53,902 nucleotides of DNA from an uncultured Candidatus Saccharibacteria bacterium (lineage in GTDB: Bacteria; Patescibacteriota; Minisyncoccia; UBA6257; 2-01-FULL-56-20), in the NCBI GenBank assembly GCA_964361595.1, contig CAYIAX010000005.1, positions 1 to 53,902 of the forward strand, in the 5' to 3' direction. This document shows, in pieces, positions 18,619 to 29,283 of the stretch. Numbering within the stretch: the stretch's first letter is position 1; the number at the start of each line of letters is the position of its first letter. Made by a program: the position numbers and the translations under genes. Under the pieces are notes generated by a model, which was given only the letters and a program-made list of their open reading frames with translations, was not told the DNA's origin and searched no databases.

Positions 18619-19905
18619 ATGGTGAATCAGGAACTTACGGATTTTGTTAATCAACGTCGAAAAGCCGGTGCATCTGATGAGCAGATACGGCAAGCCTTGT
18701 CTGCTTCGGGCTGGCCAGAGCAGGGTATCCAGGCCGCAATGAACCCTGGCAGCGCTCCGATTTCTTCAAATTATACATTTAGTCCTGCTTTAGCTTCTTT
18801 AACTTCAGCGGAAGACCAGCAAGCTTTTATTAACAAATGGTCGTGGGGAGGTTTTTTAATGTATGTCGTATATTTTCTCGGGAGCCGAAATTACAAAAGA
18901 GCATTTCTCTATTTTCTTGGCGCAGCTGTTCCTATTTTAGATATATATTTATGGATTAAGGCCGGGCTTCGCGGTCGAAGACTCGTTTGGGAAAGCGGTA
19001 AATGGCAGGATTTTGAATCTTATCGTAAAAGACAAAAATTACTGGATAAGGTCGGCTTGGTCATTCTGTTAGTATCAGTTTTAATTTGGCTAGCCGTGTT
19101 TGCATTCGGGTACTTCAATGGGGTGAAAACAAGCGACCAGGCACAGATTCCATCAGCAAACACAGAGGCGAACTCCAGCCAGGATATTGATAGAGTTAGG
19201 ATAATTTTAGAGGACATACGCCAAGGTTACATTACTGATAATAAAGCTCTTGTGATTAAGCATTCTTCCGTTGAAACCGCCTCTTTGCTTTCAAACGACA
19301 AAAAAAGAGACCATCCCGCCAGCTCGTTTACTGTTAACAGCGTTTTTGAATCAGGTGCAAATGTAGTAGCTAATGTTACGATAGTATCGGATGGAGAAAC
19401 AACCACACAAGAACTGGTTTTCATAAAAGAAAACAATGATTGGAAATTTGACATTAGTGCAACTTTTGAACGCGAGATGAGTCAAGCGGTTAATCAAGCC
19501 GAAGCAAAAAAGGGCACGGGGGATCCAAGTGGTCTCCCAGACTTAGTTGTAGTAAGCACAACTGTCTTTCCGAACCGTCCCATTGTAAACAACAAAGAAG
19601 TGGAAATTACGGTAACTATTAAAAATGCTGGCACTAAAACATCGGATGGCGGCGCGCCGCTTGTTGCTACGCTTTTAGGTTTTACAGACGGAACCCCCGT
19701 GCAAGGAGGAGCGCTATATCCAATTACGCCCGGAGAAACCGTAACTTGGAGCTTCCATCCTTATGGGCAAAACGAATTTTTTAAAATAAGTGATACGCCT
19801 GGCCAGAAGACAATCCAGATCGTTCTCAATAAAGATCGCGAGATTAAGGAAAGTAATTACAACAATAACGTATTTACTCAAACCGTGCAGATGTTTAGTA
19901 ATTAA
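18619..19905 (+). CDS. Membrane-anchored protein with C-terminal CARDB/Ig-like domain
   Basis: TM region with KWSWGGF; PDLVV..ITVTIKNAG..ESNYNNN; lower GC than flanks. Confidence 0.65.
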   Translation: MVNQELTDFVNQRRKAGASDEQIRQALSASGWPEQGIQAAMNPGSAPISSNYTFSPALASLTSAEDQQAFINKWSWGGFLMYVVYFLGSRNYKRAFLYFLGAAVPILDIYLWIKAGLRGRRLVWESGKWQDFESYRKRQKLLDKVGLVILLVSVLIWLAVFAFGYFNGVKTSDQAQIPSANTEANSSQDIDRVRIILEDIRQGYITDNKALVIKHSSVETASLLSNDKKRDHPASSFTVNSVFESGANVVANVTIVSDGETTTQELVFIKENNDWKFDISATFEREMSQAVNQAEAKKGTGDPSGLPDLVVVSTTVFPNRPIVNNKEVEITVTIKNAGTKTSDGGAPLVATLLGFTDGTPVQGGALYPITPGETVTWSFHPYGQNEFFKISDTPGQKTIQIVLNKDREIKESNYNNNVFTQTVQMFSN

Positions 19906-19916
19906 CAAACTTCTAC

Positions 19917-19946
19917 AAAAGAAACGCCCCAGGGGGCGTTTCTTTT
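19917..19946. terminator. Bidirectional intrinsic terminator
   Basis: AAAAGAAACGCCCC-AG-GGGGCGTTTCTTTT between convergent genes. Confidence 0.8.
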
Positions 19947-19953
19947 GTATTTG

Positions 19954-20025
19954 TGCGCGTTGCTGGGATCGAACCAGCGGCCTCTTCGATGTGAACGAAG
20001 CGCTCTACCACTGAGCTAAACGCGC
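19954..20025 (-). tRNA. tRNA-Val(CAC)
   Basis: GCGCGTT/AACGCGC acceptor, CTTCG-TTCACAT-CGAAG anticodon arm. Confidence 0.93.
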
Positions 20026-20100
20026 GGTAAATTACTTGCCTATCTTAGTAAAAAAAGCAGTTTTTGACAATAAAGTGCTATAATTTTTACACAGAAACAA

Positions 20101-20781
20101 ATGTCAAAAATAATTAGCCACATCTTAGGCGCTCTTACTTTTTTTGCCCTGCCGATTACAGTCGCGCTGGCGTTTTTTGCTCCGTCTTACGCTTTCTTCG
20201 GCGCAGCAGGGTTTTTCATTTTTCTGCCGCTCAACCGCTTATTCCATAAAGTAGTCGGTGCTGTCAGTTTTAAACCAGGCGAATACGTACTTTTGCCGGG
20301 ACTGTTTTTACTCGGAATTGTTTGTGTTTTGGCTGGGATAAACCAATATGCGCACCGGCCGGTTTACGCGCTTGTCCTGGAACAGCGGGCAGAAAATTTC
20401 GCTGGGCAGTTTAACCTTCCGCAAGATGTGAAATTAGATTATGCCAAACCTTACAGCTTGGCCGTTGAGATTAAATATGACATTATGTATGGCTTGGGAG
20501 TAAGCAAGTGGCAGTTAAACTCCAAAACTCCTTTTAACGAACATTCTCGGCCGATCGTTCTCGATCCTTCAAAAATCAAAACCACAGATGCCGGAAAAGA
20601 TATAACCCGCTTTTACAACTTTGATCTGGGAGATAGTTTCCGCCCCCAAAGCGGTGATTATCTATTTTCATTAAACAAAAGCGATAATATTCCGAATAAT
20701 TTAGTAAAAATCAGGGCTGTGAAGATTTTTGTAAAAGGCGCAGGTGATACAATCGTAACTAAAATTTTGAGCAAATTTTAG
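20101..20781 (+). CDS. Hypothetical membrane protein
   Basis: Long ORF with N-terminal TM helices; TTGACA..TATAAT-like promoter upstream. Confidence 0.65.
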   Translation: MSKIISHILGALTFFALPITVALAFFAPSYAFFGAAGFFIFLPLNRLFHKVVGAVSFKPGEYVLLPGLFLLGIVCVLAGINQYAHRPVYALVLEQRAENFAGQFNLPQDVKLDYAKPYSLAVEIKYDIMYGLGVSKWQLNSKTPFNEHSRPIVLDPSKIKTTDAGKDITRFYNFDLGDSFRPQSGDYLFSLNKSDNIPNNLVKIRAVKIFVKGAGDTIVTKILSKF

Positions 20782-20807
20782 CCTGTAATCTTGTCTTCAT
20801 AACTTTT

Positions 20808-22538
20808 ATGCTGGCTCGGAGAAGAACAAAACTATTGATTACCTTTGCGCTTATCGCGGCTGGGATTTTTCAAGCTTCGTTTGTGTTTGCCCAATCCGGC
20901 GAGCGGATAATTTCGTTTGACAGCGAGATTAAGGTGAACCTGGACCGAGCCTTAACCGTAACCGAGAAGATCAAGGTTTTCTCCGAAGGCATTGCGATTC
21001 AACACGGCATCTATCGTGATTTCCCGACCAAATATAAGGATCGGTTTGGCAATAATTACAAAGTTGGTTTTAAAGTATTAAATGTAACCCGCGATGGCCA
21101 ATCGGAAAATTATTTTACGGAAAAACTTTCAAACGGTGTCAGGGTTTACATCGGCGAAAAGGACAGAGAACTTGAGGCCGGGGAGTATGTATATATTTTA
21201 ACCTACGAGACGGATCGCCAGCTCGGTTTCTTCGAAGACCACGACGAGCTTTATTGGAATGTAACGGGCAACGGCTGGAATTTTGCGATTGACAAGGCCA
21301 GTGGCAAAGTGATCCTGCCTGCGGAAATTCCGCGCGACAAGCTTAGCCTTGCGGCTTATACCGGGCCCTTCGGTTCGACCGCAGATAATTATGCGTTAAG
21401 CGTTGATGAAGCCGGTAATCCGATCTTTACCACTACCGCGCCGCTTGCGCCCCAGGAGGGACTGACAATCGTAGTCGGCTGGCCTAAAGGCTACATAGCT
21501 CCGCCAACCGCAGAAGAAAATTTCAGATATTTCTTAAAAGATAATCTTTATCTGCTCGTGATGGCCGTGGGTTTGCTTGCGCTTTTAATCTTTTTTTATT
21601 GGGCTTGGCGGAAAGTGGGGGACGATCCCGAAGGGGGCGCGATTATGCCGGAGTACGAACCGGCGCCGGAACTCACGCCCGCCGGTATGCGGTATATCAC
21701 GAAGATGGGTTTCGACAATAAAATTTTTGTCGCTCAGCTTATTGACATGGCGAGCCGCGGACTCGTTACGATCACAGAAAAAAGCGATGAAAAATATGAA
21801 ATTAAAAGAACGGATAGCGAGAAACAGCTTTTGCCCGAGGATGAAGCAGTGGTAAAAAGTTTATTCATAACTGGCGAAGATAGCGTTACGGCTGAAAAAA
21901 AATTTAACCTCAAATTTAGATTGGCCGCTGAAATGCTCAAAGGGGTTTTGAAGCAAAAGTACGGCGACGCTTATTTTAAAACCAACCGCAAGTACAATAT
22001 CTTGGGAGGTTTCTTGACTGGTCTAATCATCGGCTTCACTTTTCTGCTGCGGGGAGGATCGGACGATCTGTCAATGGGCATAATCCTCGGCACAGTACTT
22101 TTGATCATTGTGAATATTATTTTCTATAAACTCATCCCGGCGCGGACGGTTTTTGGTAGAAAAGTTTTGGACCACATCGAAGGCTTTAAGTGGTTCCTAT
22201 CCGCCACCGAAAAAGACAGGTTAAATTTCCGCAATCCGCCCGGGCAGACGCCGCAGCTTTTCGAAAAATTTCTGCCGTTCGCGCTGGCCTTGGGCATCCA
22301 GCAAAAATGGGCGGAGCAATTTGCCGGCGTGTTTGCAAAGATGGGCCAGCCGAACTATGCGCCAGCTTGGTACCACGCCTCAAGCGGCAAGGCCTTTTCG
22401 CCGTCGGCTTTTGCTTCGTCGCTTAGCGATTCCTTCGGCGGTGCCATTTCGTCCTCTTCCACTCCGCCGGGGAGCTCAAGCGGCGGCGGGGGAGGATCAG
22501 GCGGCGGCGGGGGCGGCGGTGGTGGAGGAGGCTGGTAA
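20808..22538 (+). CDS. DUF2207-family membrane protein
   Basis: ERIISFDSEI, HGIYRDFP, DELYWNVTG, FEKFLPFALALG, Gly-rich GGGGW end. Confidence 0.88.
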   Translation: MLARRRTKLLITFALIAAGIFQASFVFAQSGERIISFDSEIKVNLDRALTVTEKIKVFSEGIAIQHGIYRDFPTKYKDRFGNNYKVGFKVLNVTRDGQSENYFTEKLSNGVRVYIGEKDRELEAGEYVYILTYETDRQLGFFEDHDELYWNVTGNGWNFAIDKASGKVILPAEIPRDKLSLAAYTGPFGSTADNYALSVDEAGNPIFTTTAPLAPQEGLTIVVGWPKGYIAPPTAEENFRYFLKDNLYLLVMAVGLLALLIFFYWAWRKVGDDPEGGAIMPEYEPAPELTPAGMRYITKMGFDNKIFVAQLIDMASRGLVTITEKSDEKYEIKRTDSEKQLLPEDEAVVKSLFITGEDSVTAEKKFNLKFRLAAEMLKGVLKQKYGDAYFKTNRKYNILGGFLTGLIIGFTFLLRGGSDDLSMGIILGTVLLIIVNIIFYKLIPARTVFGRKVLDHIEGFKWFLSATEKDRLNFRNPPGQTPQLFEKFLPFALALGIQQKWAEQFAGVFAKMGQPNYAPAWYHASSGKAFSPSAFASSLSDSFGGAISSSSTPPGSSSGGGGGSGGGGGGGGGGGW

Positions 22539-22542
22539 AACT

Positions 22543-23169
22543 ATGAACAAAGAAGTTGAATTAACTGCAAGGCTTACGAAAAAAGAATATGATCGCATTC
22601 TCGCTTATGCGAAGCGGCAGCTTAAGCATGTCGCAAACCAAAAGCGTGTAATGGTCAAATTTTTTAAAAATAAAGTAGATGTACGCGAATCGCTGGACAC
22701 GCGCTATAAGATTACGAACAAAAAACATCATTTCGTGTTTAAGAAAGGCGCCCTGGGCTCGAAAGGTAGAAAAGAATACGATCTTGATTTCGGTGAGCAG
22801 AGCCGCCTGGAGGCCTTTGTCCACCTGTTCGGATTTCTTGGTTATAAAACGATCGATGTTATGTACCGCGAACGGGAAATTTTCGGAAACGATAAGCTTG
22901 AAATCACGCTTGTCGTTTCTTATCCCTACTATGATATAGAAGTCGAATCGTTAGGCACGCGGACAAAAAAGGAGGCCTTGGCTCATGTTATGGCATTTTT
23001 TGAGAAGATGAAGATTAAACCGCTAAATAAATCCGCTTATCAGGCGTACTGCCGCCTGCTTGATCGCGATGTGAATTTGATTTTTCCGATTAAGGAATTT
23101 CCCAAGCCGCTGCTTAAATCTCCGCGCTGGGAAAAAATTTACAAGGAGATGATGCTTGGCGGAAAATAG
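22543..23169 (+). CDS. CYTH-like (triphosphate tunnel) protein
   Basis: N-terminal EVE, RKEY, IEVE motifs; ATG 22543 just after the upstream stop. Confidence 0.55.
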   Translation: MNKEVELTARLTKKEYDRILAYAKRQLKHVANQKRVMVKFFKNKVDVRESLDTRYKITNKKHHFVFKKGALGSKGRKEYDLDFGEQSRLEAFVHLFGFLGYKTIDVMYREREIFGNDKLEITLVVSYPYYDIEVESLGTRTKKEALAHVMAFFEKMKIKPLNKSAYQAYCRLLDRDVNLIFPIKEFPKPLLKSPRWEKIYKEMMLGGK

Positions 23170-23404
23170 GCCGACATCCGATGTCCAAATATTGCCGTAA
23201 TCTTGGGACATCGGATGTCGTAAAGTCATAGCGAGTGCCAAGTGGGGGATTTGATCATTCCCCGAAAATTGTCGTTGTGAATAACTTGCGTACATCTTGA
23301 GGAGTAATCCTAGTTTTTTCCTGTAAAATCAGCATCTTTTGCGGATGGCTGGGCTTTATTTTGTGTTTTGACAATACGGCCAAGTGGCTTAATATGAAAT
23401 AAAA

Positions 23405-23438
23405 GTGGGGAGATGTGGATAATTCTGGGGAGAAGTAC
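23405..23438 (+). promoter_or_regulatory. MraZ-binding direct repeats
   Basis: GTGG/GTGG/CTGG/GTAC at exact 10-bp period upstream of mraZ. Confidence 0.65.
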
Positions 23439-23511
23439 CCATTTCTGTGCAGTACTTTCGGTTTTGACCACCTTACCACCTACTACCTACCAACCAACCA
23501 ACCAACCAACT

Positions 23512-23943
23512 ATGTTACTTGGGGAGTACAAACACAGCGTTGATACCAAAGGTCGAGTGGCGATACCGGCTAAATTCCGCGATAAACTCGTGGCTGGCGC
23601 CATTATCACGAGGGGATTGGATAACTGCCTTTTTATGTTCACGCAGGCCGAGTGGGATTCGCTCGCACAAAAACTTGTTGCGCTGCCATTGGCGCAAGCT
23701 AATTCCCGAGCGTTCGTAAGGCTCATGCTTTCCGGCGCTATGGACCTAACGATCGATGGGCAAGGCAGAGTTCTTATTCCCGATTACTTGCGGAAATATG
23801 CGGATTTGAAAAAAGACGCGGTGATAACGGGGCTTTATAACCGCGTGGAAATTTGGGATGCCGATCGTTGGGCGCGCTACAAGCAGAAGACCGAAAGCGC
23901 TTCCGATGAAATCGCCGAAAAGTTGGGCGAACTCGGCATCTAG
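23512..23943 (+). CDS. mraZ: Transcriptional regulator MraZ
   Basis: GEYKHSVDTKGRVAIP, DGQGRVLIP, RVEIWD. Confidence 0.96.
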   Translation: MLLGEYKHSVDTKGRVAIPAKFRDKLVAGAIITRGLDNCLFMFTQAEWDSLAQKLVALPLAQANSRAFVRLMLSGAMDLTIDGQGRVLIPDYLRKYADLKKDAVITGLYNRVEIWDADRWARYKQKTESASDEIAEKLGELGI

Positions 23944-23947
23944 CCCG

Positions 23948-24823
23948 ATGCACACACCAGTTCTTTTAAAAGAGGTAATCGAAATTCTGGCTTTGGCGCC
24001 TGGACAGTTTGTGATTGACGGGACGCTAGACGGCGGAGGACATGCGCGCGCGATGCTCAAAGAAATTTCGCCCGGCGGAAAATTTTTGGGCGTTGATTGG
24101 GACAAGGAAATGATCGCGAGGCAAACAGTCAGCCTAAAGTCCGCCGCGGTAAAGATTTTTCTCGCGCAGGGAAATTATGCGGACCTGCCGGAAATACTTG
24201 AGACACGCGATCTGCCCAAGGCCGATGCGATACTCTTGGACCTGGGCTTCTCGTCCGAACAGTTAACGTCCGGACGAGGCTTCAGCTTTCAAAGCGACGA
24301 CCTCCTTGCCTTGACCTATGATCGCGAACGCCTGCCGGCCAAAAGCATTTTGCGCCAGCTCACCGAATACGAACTCGCGAACATCATCCAAAAGTACGGC
24401 GGCGAGCGCTATGCGCGGCGGATCGCCAAGGCGATCAAAATGGCGGGCAAGAAGCAGCCGATCAAGCGCGCGAATGAACTGGCGAGCATCATAGCGCAAG
24501 CGGTTCCGAAGAATTATGAACGCGGACGCATCAATCCAGCGACGCGCACGTTCCAAGCTTTGCGCATTTACGCGAATGATGAGCTGGGAAATCTGAAGCG
24601 CTGTTTGGTTCATCTGTCTCGGATACTGCGTCCGGGCGGACGCGCAGCAATCATAAGCTTCCATTCGCTTGAAGACGGCATGGTCAAAAACCACTTCCGT
24701 GAACTCCATGCCGAAGGATTGGCAAAAATTTTGACAAAAAAACCGATCGAAGCGGCGGCCGAGGAAATCGCAAAAAATCCCCGCAGCCGTTCGGCGAAAC
24801 TGCGGGCAATACAACTAGCTTAA
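23948..24823 (+). CDS. rsmH: 16S rRNA m4C1402 methyltransferase
   Basis: HTPVLL, DLGFSS, ATRTFQALRI, ISFHSLED, NPRSRSAKLR. Confidence 0.96.
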   Translation: MHTPVLLKEVIEILALAPGQFVIDGTLDGGGHARAMLKEISPGGKFLGVDWDKEMIARQTVSLKSAAVKIFLAQGNYADLPEILETRDLPKADAILLDLGFSSEQLTSGRGFSFQSDDLLALTYDRERLPAKSILRQLTEYELANIIQKYGGERYARRIAKAIKMAGKKQPIKRANELASIIAQAVPKNYERGRINPATRTFQALRIYANDELGNLKRCLVHLSRILRPGGRAAIISFHSLEDGMVKNHFRELHAEGLAKILTKKPIEAAAEEIAKNPRSRSAKLRAIQLA

Positions 24824-24912
24824 ATCCGAAGCACCAAGCACGAAATTCGAAACAAATTCAAAGCAAAAAACTAAAACAATTTCGGATTTCGATATTCGAA
24901 TTTCGAATTTAA
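24821..24912. repeat. TTCGAA-rich inverted-repeat element, copy without the nested insert
   Basis: Same arms as 955-1085. Confidence 0.8.
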
Positions 24913-24916
24913 AATA

Positions 24917-25234
24917 ATGACCATTATCCAACCAAAAAAATCAAATTTATTTTTAAACGCAGGGATTATTTTTATAATCGGCGGCCTTTTGCTGTCCGCG
25001 ATTTGGCTCGTAGTTCTCTATAACCGCATGGTCAATGTTACGCACGGCATGGAAAATGCGCGGGCCGAGATTAAAACGCTCCAAACGCAGAATTCGGAAC
25101 TGCAGGAGCGGATTTTCACGCTTTTCGATAACCGCAATCTTTTGAAACTGGCCGAAGAAAAAAGCCTTATCAAGGATCGGAATCCGCAATATTTCGAAGT
25201 CGACAGGCAATGGTCGCTCGCCTCACAGTATTAA
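24917..25234 (+). CDS. FtsL-like cell division protein
   Basis: Single TM plus coiled coil, between rsmH and the PBP gene. Confidence 0.65.
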   Translation: MTIIQPKKSNLFLNAGIIFIIGGLLLSAIWLVVLYNRMVNVTHGMENARAEIKTLQTQNSELQERIFTLFDNRNLLKLAEEKSLIKDRNPQYFEVDRQWSLASQY

Positions 25235-26847
25235 CTGCAGTCGTTACCATCGCGTACGGCGCGCTGCTTTTTCATTTGTACACCCTGCAACTCCAAAAAG
25301 GGGAATATTTTCTGGCGCGAGCTGAATCCCAATATATTTCACCGACCGCGCTTAAAGCCGAGCGCGGTGCCATTTATTTCGAGGATAAGAACGGCAATCG
25401 TCTGCCGGCTGCCATCAATAAAAAGTTTTCCGTGATTTATGCCGTGCCGAAGGTGATTGATGACGCCCAAGAAACGGCGAATGCCGTGGCGCCGATCTTA
25501 AAACTTAAAGTCTCTGACCTCGAAAAAAAATTCTCCAAAAAGGATGATGCTTATGAAGCGTTGGTCAAAAAAGCCGATTCCGCGATGGTTGCGTCCGTAA
25601 ATGATTTGAAGCTGAAGGGCATTTACGTGGAAGCAGTGCCCGAACGTTTTTACCCCTTCGGAAAATTCGCCGCGCATGTTTTAGGTTACTTCGGGCCCAA
25701 TAAGAATGATGCGGGCGAGAGCGGGTTTTACGGCTTGGAGCAGTTTTATAACGAGGAATTGACCGGACGCGTGGGCGAAGTGAACGAAGGCGAAATCGTT
25801 GAGCCGGTGGCCGGCGACAACATCATCACAACCATTGATCCCAATATCCAAACCCAGGCCGAGCGGATCATCGAAGATCTGGTTGTGAAATTCAAAGCGA
25901 CGGGCGGGAGCGTGGTCGTCGAGGATCCCAAGACCGGAAAGATTTTGACGATGGCAAGCGTGCCCGAGTTTGATCCAAACACCTACGCCAAATCGCCGCT
26001 CAAGAGTTTTTTAAATCCGGCGGCGCAGGAACTTTACGAGCCGGGTTCGGTCTTCAAGATTATTACGATGGCGGCCGGCATTGATGCTGGCAAGATCACG
26101 CCGGAGACGACTTTTTTCGACAGCGGAGTTTTGATGGTGAGCGGCAAAAAAATCCAAAACTGGGATCACAAGGGCCACGGCACGATCACGATGACGAACG
26201 TGATCGAAAAATCCGTAAATACCGGCGCCGCTTTTGCCGAGCGCGAGACGGGACATACGATCTTTAAAAATTATCTGCATAAATTCGGTTTCGGCGAGAA
26301 AACCGGCATTGATCTGCCGGGTGAAGTGAAGGGCGACCTGCGCAATTTGCATGAAACCGCTCCGGCGGTGGCCTTTGCAACCGCTTCTTTTGGTCAGGGC
26401 GTCGCGGTAACGTCGCTCGAAATGATCAATGCTTTTGCCGCGATTGCGAACGGCGGCAAATTGATGCGTCCATATTTGAATGCGGAATTTTCGTCTAAAG
26501 AAGTTCGGCGCGTGATTTCGCCCGCAACCGCCAAAGCGGTAACTCAAATGATGATTTCAGCGGTGGACAAAGCCGAAGTTGCGAAGATTAACGGCTACAC
26601 GATTGCCGGCAAAACCGGTACGGCCCAGGTGCCGGACCTCACGCGCGGCGGCTATACTGACCGAGTCATTAATACTTATATCGGTTTCGGACCGACCGAA
26701 GATCCGCGTTTCGTCATTCTAATCAAACTCAATGAGGCCGAAGGCGCGCCCCTAGCTGGCATCTCCGTCGTTCCGGCCTTCCGTGAGCTTGCGGAATTCA
26801 TCTTAAATTATTACGCTGTTTCTCCGGATCGTTTGGTAGAACCCTAG
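25210..26847 (+). CDS. ftsI: Class B penicillin-binding protein (FtsI-like)
   Basis: EPGSVFK (SxxK), SVN, KTGTAQ; dcw cluster position. Confidence 0.88.
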   Translation: MVARLTVLTAVVTIAYGALLFHLYTLQLQKGEYFLARAESQYISPTALKAERGAIYFEDKNGNRLPAAINKKFSVIYAVPKVIDDAQETANAVAPILKLKVSDLEKKFSKKDDAYEALVKKADSAMVASVNDLKLKGIYVEAVPERFYPFGKFAAHVLGYFGPNKNDAGESGFYGLEQFYNEELTGRVGEVNEGEIVEPVAGDNIITTIDPNIQTQAERIIEDLVVKFKATGGSVVVEDPKTGKILTMASVPEFDPNTYAKSPLKSFLNPAAQELYEPGSVFKIITMAAGIDAGKITPETTFFDSGVLMVSGKKIQNWDHKGHGTITMTNVIEKSVNTGAAFAERETGHTIFKNYLHKFGFGEKTGIDLPGEVKGDLRNLHETAPAVAFATASFGQGVAVTSLEMINAFAAIANGGKLMRPYLNAEFSSKEVRRVISPATAKAVTQMMISAVDKAEVAKINGYTIAGKTGTAQVPDLTRGGYTDRVINTYIGFGPTEDPRFVILIKLNEAEGAPLAGISVVPAFRELAEFILNYYAVSPDRLVEP

Positions 26848-26858
26848 GAACTAAAATT

Positions 26859-28145
26859 ATGAAATCAGCATTAATCAACGCATTGTCCTGGATCTTAAAA
26901 AAGATCGCCCAACTTACGATTTTAAAATACCGGCCGGGCGTAATCGGCGTAACCGGCAGCGTGGGCAAAACTTCGACGAAGCTCGCCATCGCGGCGGTTT
27001 TGGGCAATGAGCGCCATGTCCGCTTCTCACCGGAGAGCCACAATACGGAAATCGGCTTTCCCTTGGCCATTATCAGCGAATGGTCCTTGCGCGAACTTGA
27101 ATTGGTTAGCAAAACCGCTCCGCCCGGCGTCCGGCGGCCAGAGAAAACATTATTTTGGTTGAAGGTCATTTGCTTCGGCTTATGGCAGCTTATTGTCCGT
27201 AAGAAAGACTATCCGGAAATGCTCATTTTGGAATACGGCGCCGATCGGCCGGGAGATTTGAAAAAACTTATCATGATCGCGCGGCCGAATCTGGGTGTCA
27301 TTACCGCAATCGGCGATATTCCCGTGCACGTGGAATTTTATTCCGGTCCCGATGAAGTGGCGCGGGAAAAATCTCGGCTCGTCGAAAACTTAAGCTCGGC
27401 CAGTTTCGCCATCTTGAATCACGACGATGAAAGCGTGATGAACATCAAAGATCGTACGCGCGCCCACCTTATCACCTTCGGATTTACGAAGGGATCGGAC
27501 GTGCGAATCGTTAATTTTGAAAATCGCGCCGAGGCGAACGGACAGCCGCGGGGAGTTGCCTTTAAGCTTGAATACGGCGGCAGTTCCGTGCCGGTGCGCC
27601 TGGACGGCGTCTTTGGGCGTGCCCAGGCTTATGCGGCGGCGGCTGCGGCGGCGGTCGGCGCAGCCTTTGGCGTGAATCTGATTAAAATCGCCGAAGCCTT
27701 GAAAAACTACAAACCCGCCCAGGGCAGAATGGATCTTGTGGCCGGTATCAAGTCCACCTGGATCATTGATGACTCTTATAACGCAAGCCCCTTATCCATG
27801 CATGTGGCACTCGACACCTTGAGGAGCCTGCCCGCCAAACGCAAAATCGCGGTCTTGGGCGACATGCTGGAGATCGGCCAATATGCCATGCAGGCGCACG
27901 AGACAATCGGCAATTTTCTCGCGCCTTTCGTGGATCTACTCGTGACGGTGGGCCCGCGGGCAAAATTTATCGCCGAGGGCGCGCGCGCGAACGGTTTCAA
28001 CCGCAAGAAGATTTTGAGTTTTGACGAAGCGGAGGATGCCGAGGGCAAACTTGAGCAAATCTTAAAACCGGGCGACCTCGTGCTCTTCAAGGCTTCGCGC
28101 GCGATGCATTTAGAAAAGCTCGTGGAGGAGGTGAGGGTGATTTAG
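26859..28145 (+). CDS. murF: UDP-MurNAc-tripeptide--D-Ala-D-Ala ligase
   Basis: GVTGSVGKTSTK, DDSYNASP, LGDMLEIG, LFKASR. Confidence 0.9.
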   Translation: MKSALINALSWILKKIAQLTILKYRPGVIGVTGSVGKTSTKLAIAAVLGNERHVRFSPESHNTEIGFPLAIISEWSLRELELVSKTAPPGVRRPEKTLFWLKVICFGLWQLIVRKKDYPEMLILEYGADRPGDLKKLIMIARPNLGVITAIGDIPVHVEFYSGPDEVAREKSRLVENLSSASFAILNHDDESVMNIKDRTRAHLITFGFTKGSDVRIVNFENRAEANGQPRGVAFKLEYGGSSVPVRLDGVFGRAQAYAAAAAAAVGAAFGVNLIKIAEALKNYKPAQGRMDLVAGIKSTWIIDDSYNASPLSMHVALDTLRSLPAKRKIAVLGDMLEIGQYAMQAHETIGNFLAPFVDLLVTVGPRAKFIAEGARANGFNRKKILSFDEAEDAEGKLEQILKPGDLVLFKASRAMHLEKLVEEVRVI

Positions 28146-28280
28146 AATCTAGAATCTAGAATCTAGAACCTAGAACCTAGAACCTAGAACCTAAAACCTA
28201 GAACCTAAAACCTAAAAATTGGAAAAAATATTTCAGGTAATATAAACTGTTTACGAATTCTAGATTCTGAATTCTAGATT
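28143..28280. repeat. TAGAATC/TAGAACC heptamer tandem array (~10 units) with inverted arm
   Basis: Direct reading; GAATTCTAGATTCTGAATTCTAGATT downstream. Confidence 0.85.
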
Positions 28281-28288
28281 TTCGCAAG

Positions 28289-28361
28289 GGCCCCATCGTC
28301 TAGTGGCCTAGGACACAGCGTTCTCAACGCTGGAACACGGGTTCGATTCCCGTTGGGGCTA
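28289..28361 (+). tRNA. tRNA-Glu(CTC)
   Basis: GGCCCCA/TGGGGCT acceptor, CAGCG-TTCTCAA-CGCTG anticodon arm. Confidence 0.93.
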
Positions 28362-28369
28362 CGAATTTA

Positions 28370-28882
28370 ATGCTTACAGCTGATCAAGAGAAATATCTGT
28401 TTACGATTCCGGAAGATAAAATTGCCGATATTAAAGCATTCGATGCAAAAGTCAGAATTGTGGCGGAAGATATCATTAAAGAAATCGAGAGAGATGTGCC
28501 TGGCTTAGAAATATTTTTCGGTGGCGCTTCTGCCCTCGGTATTGCGGGACAAAACGACATAGACATCAATCTTTTGGGCAACCCGGATGAGTACGAAAAA
28601 TTTACCCCGTCCTTGATCGGGCTATTCGGCGAACCCGCAAAAACAAGCCCCACACTTGTAAAATGGGAATTAGTGAGAGGCGGTTTCGATGTTGAATTAT
28701 ACCTTACAGATAGGAATTCTCCGGTTCTGCAGGAACAAATTAAAACTTTCGAAATTCTACACAGTAATCCCGAACTTAAAAATGAATATGAAAAAATAAA
28801 AATTTCTGCGAACGGGCTGTCATTCCGGGAATATATGAAAAGAAAGTATGAGTTTTTTAATAAAATCTTGAATATAGAGTAA
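28370..28882 (+). CDS. GrpB-like nucleotidyltransferase-fold protein
   Basis: GASALGIAGQNDIDI, EYEKIK, Y..RKYEF; AT-rich. Confidence 0.7.
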   Translation: MLTADQEKYLFTIPEDKIADIKAFDAKVRIVAEDIIKEIERDVPGLEIFFGGASALGIAGQNDIDINLLGNPDEYEKFTPSLIGLFGEPAKTSPTLVKWELVRGGFDVELYLTDRNSPVLQEQIKTFEILHSNPELKNEYEKIKISANGLSFREYMKRKYEFFNKILNIE

Positions 28883-28971
28883 ATTCAGTATTATTATTCG
28901 CTCACAAAAAATCGCCCGTTGGGTCAGGTGGGCGAAACCTTTTTATGTGGAGCTCGTGTAACTCCGCCGGA

Positions 28972-29283
28972 TTATATTGCGCCGCCCGCGCGTGTTTGGA
29001 ACCGCGGTTCGGCAAGGATCGCCGCGGCGGCGCGTTCGTCAATGTAGACGCAGTACAAATTGGGCGATTCACCGTCGGAATGGATCCAGCGCACGCGCCA
29101 CCGGTTGAAGATGAGCGTGTGGATCACGTCCGTCGTGTAGCGCAGGCCGCCCAGCGGTTTTTGGAGGGAAATCGCCGTGTTCCAGATCTCATCCAGCGGA
29201 ACGTGAAGCGTGCTGGATAGATCGCGAAGACTGATCCAAACCTCGCCCTGCGAGGGGGCGGCTGGGACAGAAGTTGTGCCCAT
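28972..29283 (-). CDS. Hypothetical protein
   Basis: ORF fills an intergenic gap; no motif recognised. Confidence 0.35.
   Translation of the reverse strand: MGTTSVPAAPSQGEVWISLRDLSSTLHVPLDEIWNTAISLQKPLGGLRYTTDVIHTLIFNRWRVRWIHSDGESPNLYCVYIDERAAAAILAEPRFQTRAGGAI

Noticed and set aside
22440-22538. GGC microsatellite
   Set aside because: Encodes the normal Gly/Ser tail of DUF2207 proteins.
28143-28220. CRISPR array
   Set aside because: Contiguous 7-mers without unique spacers; no cas genes.
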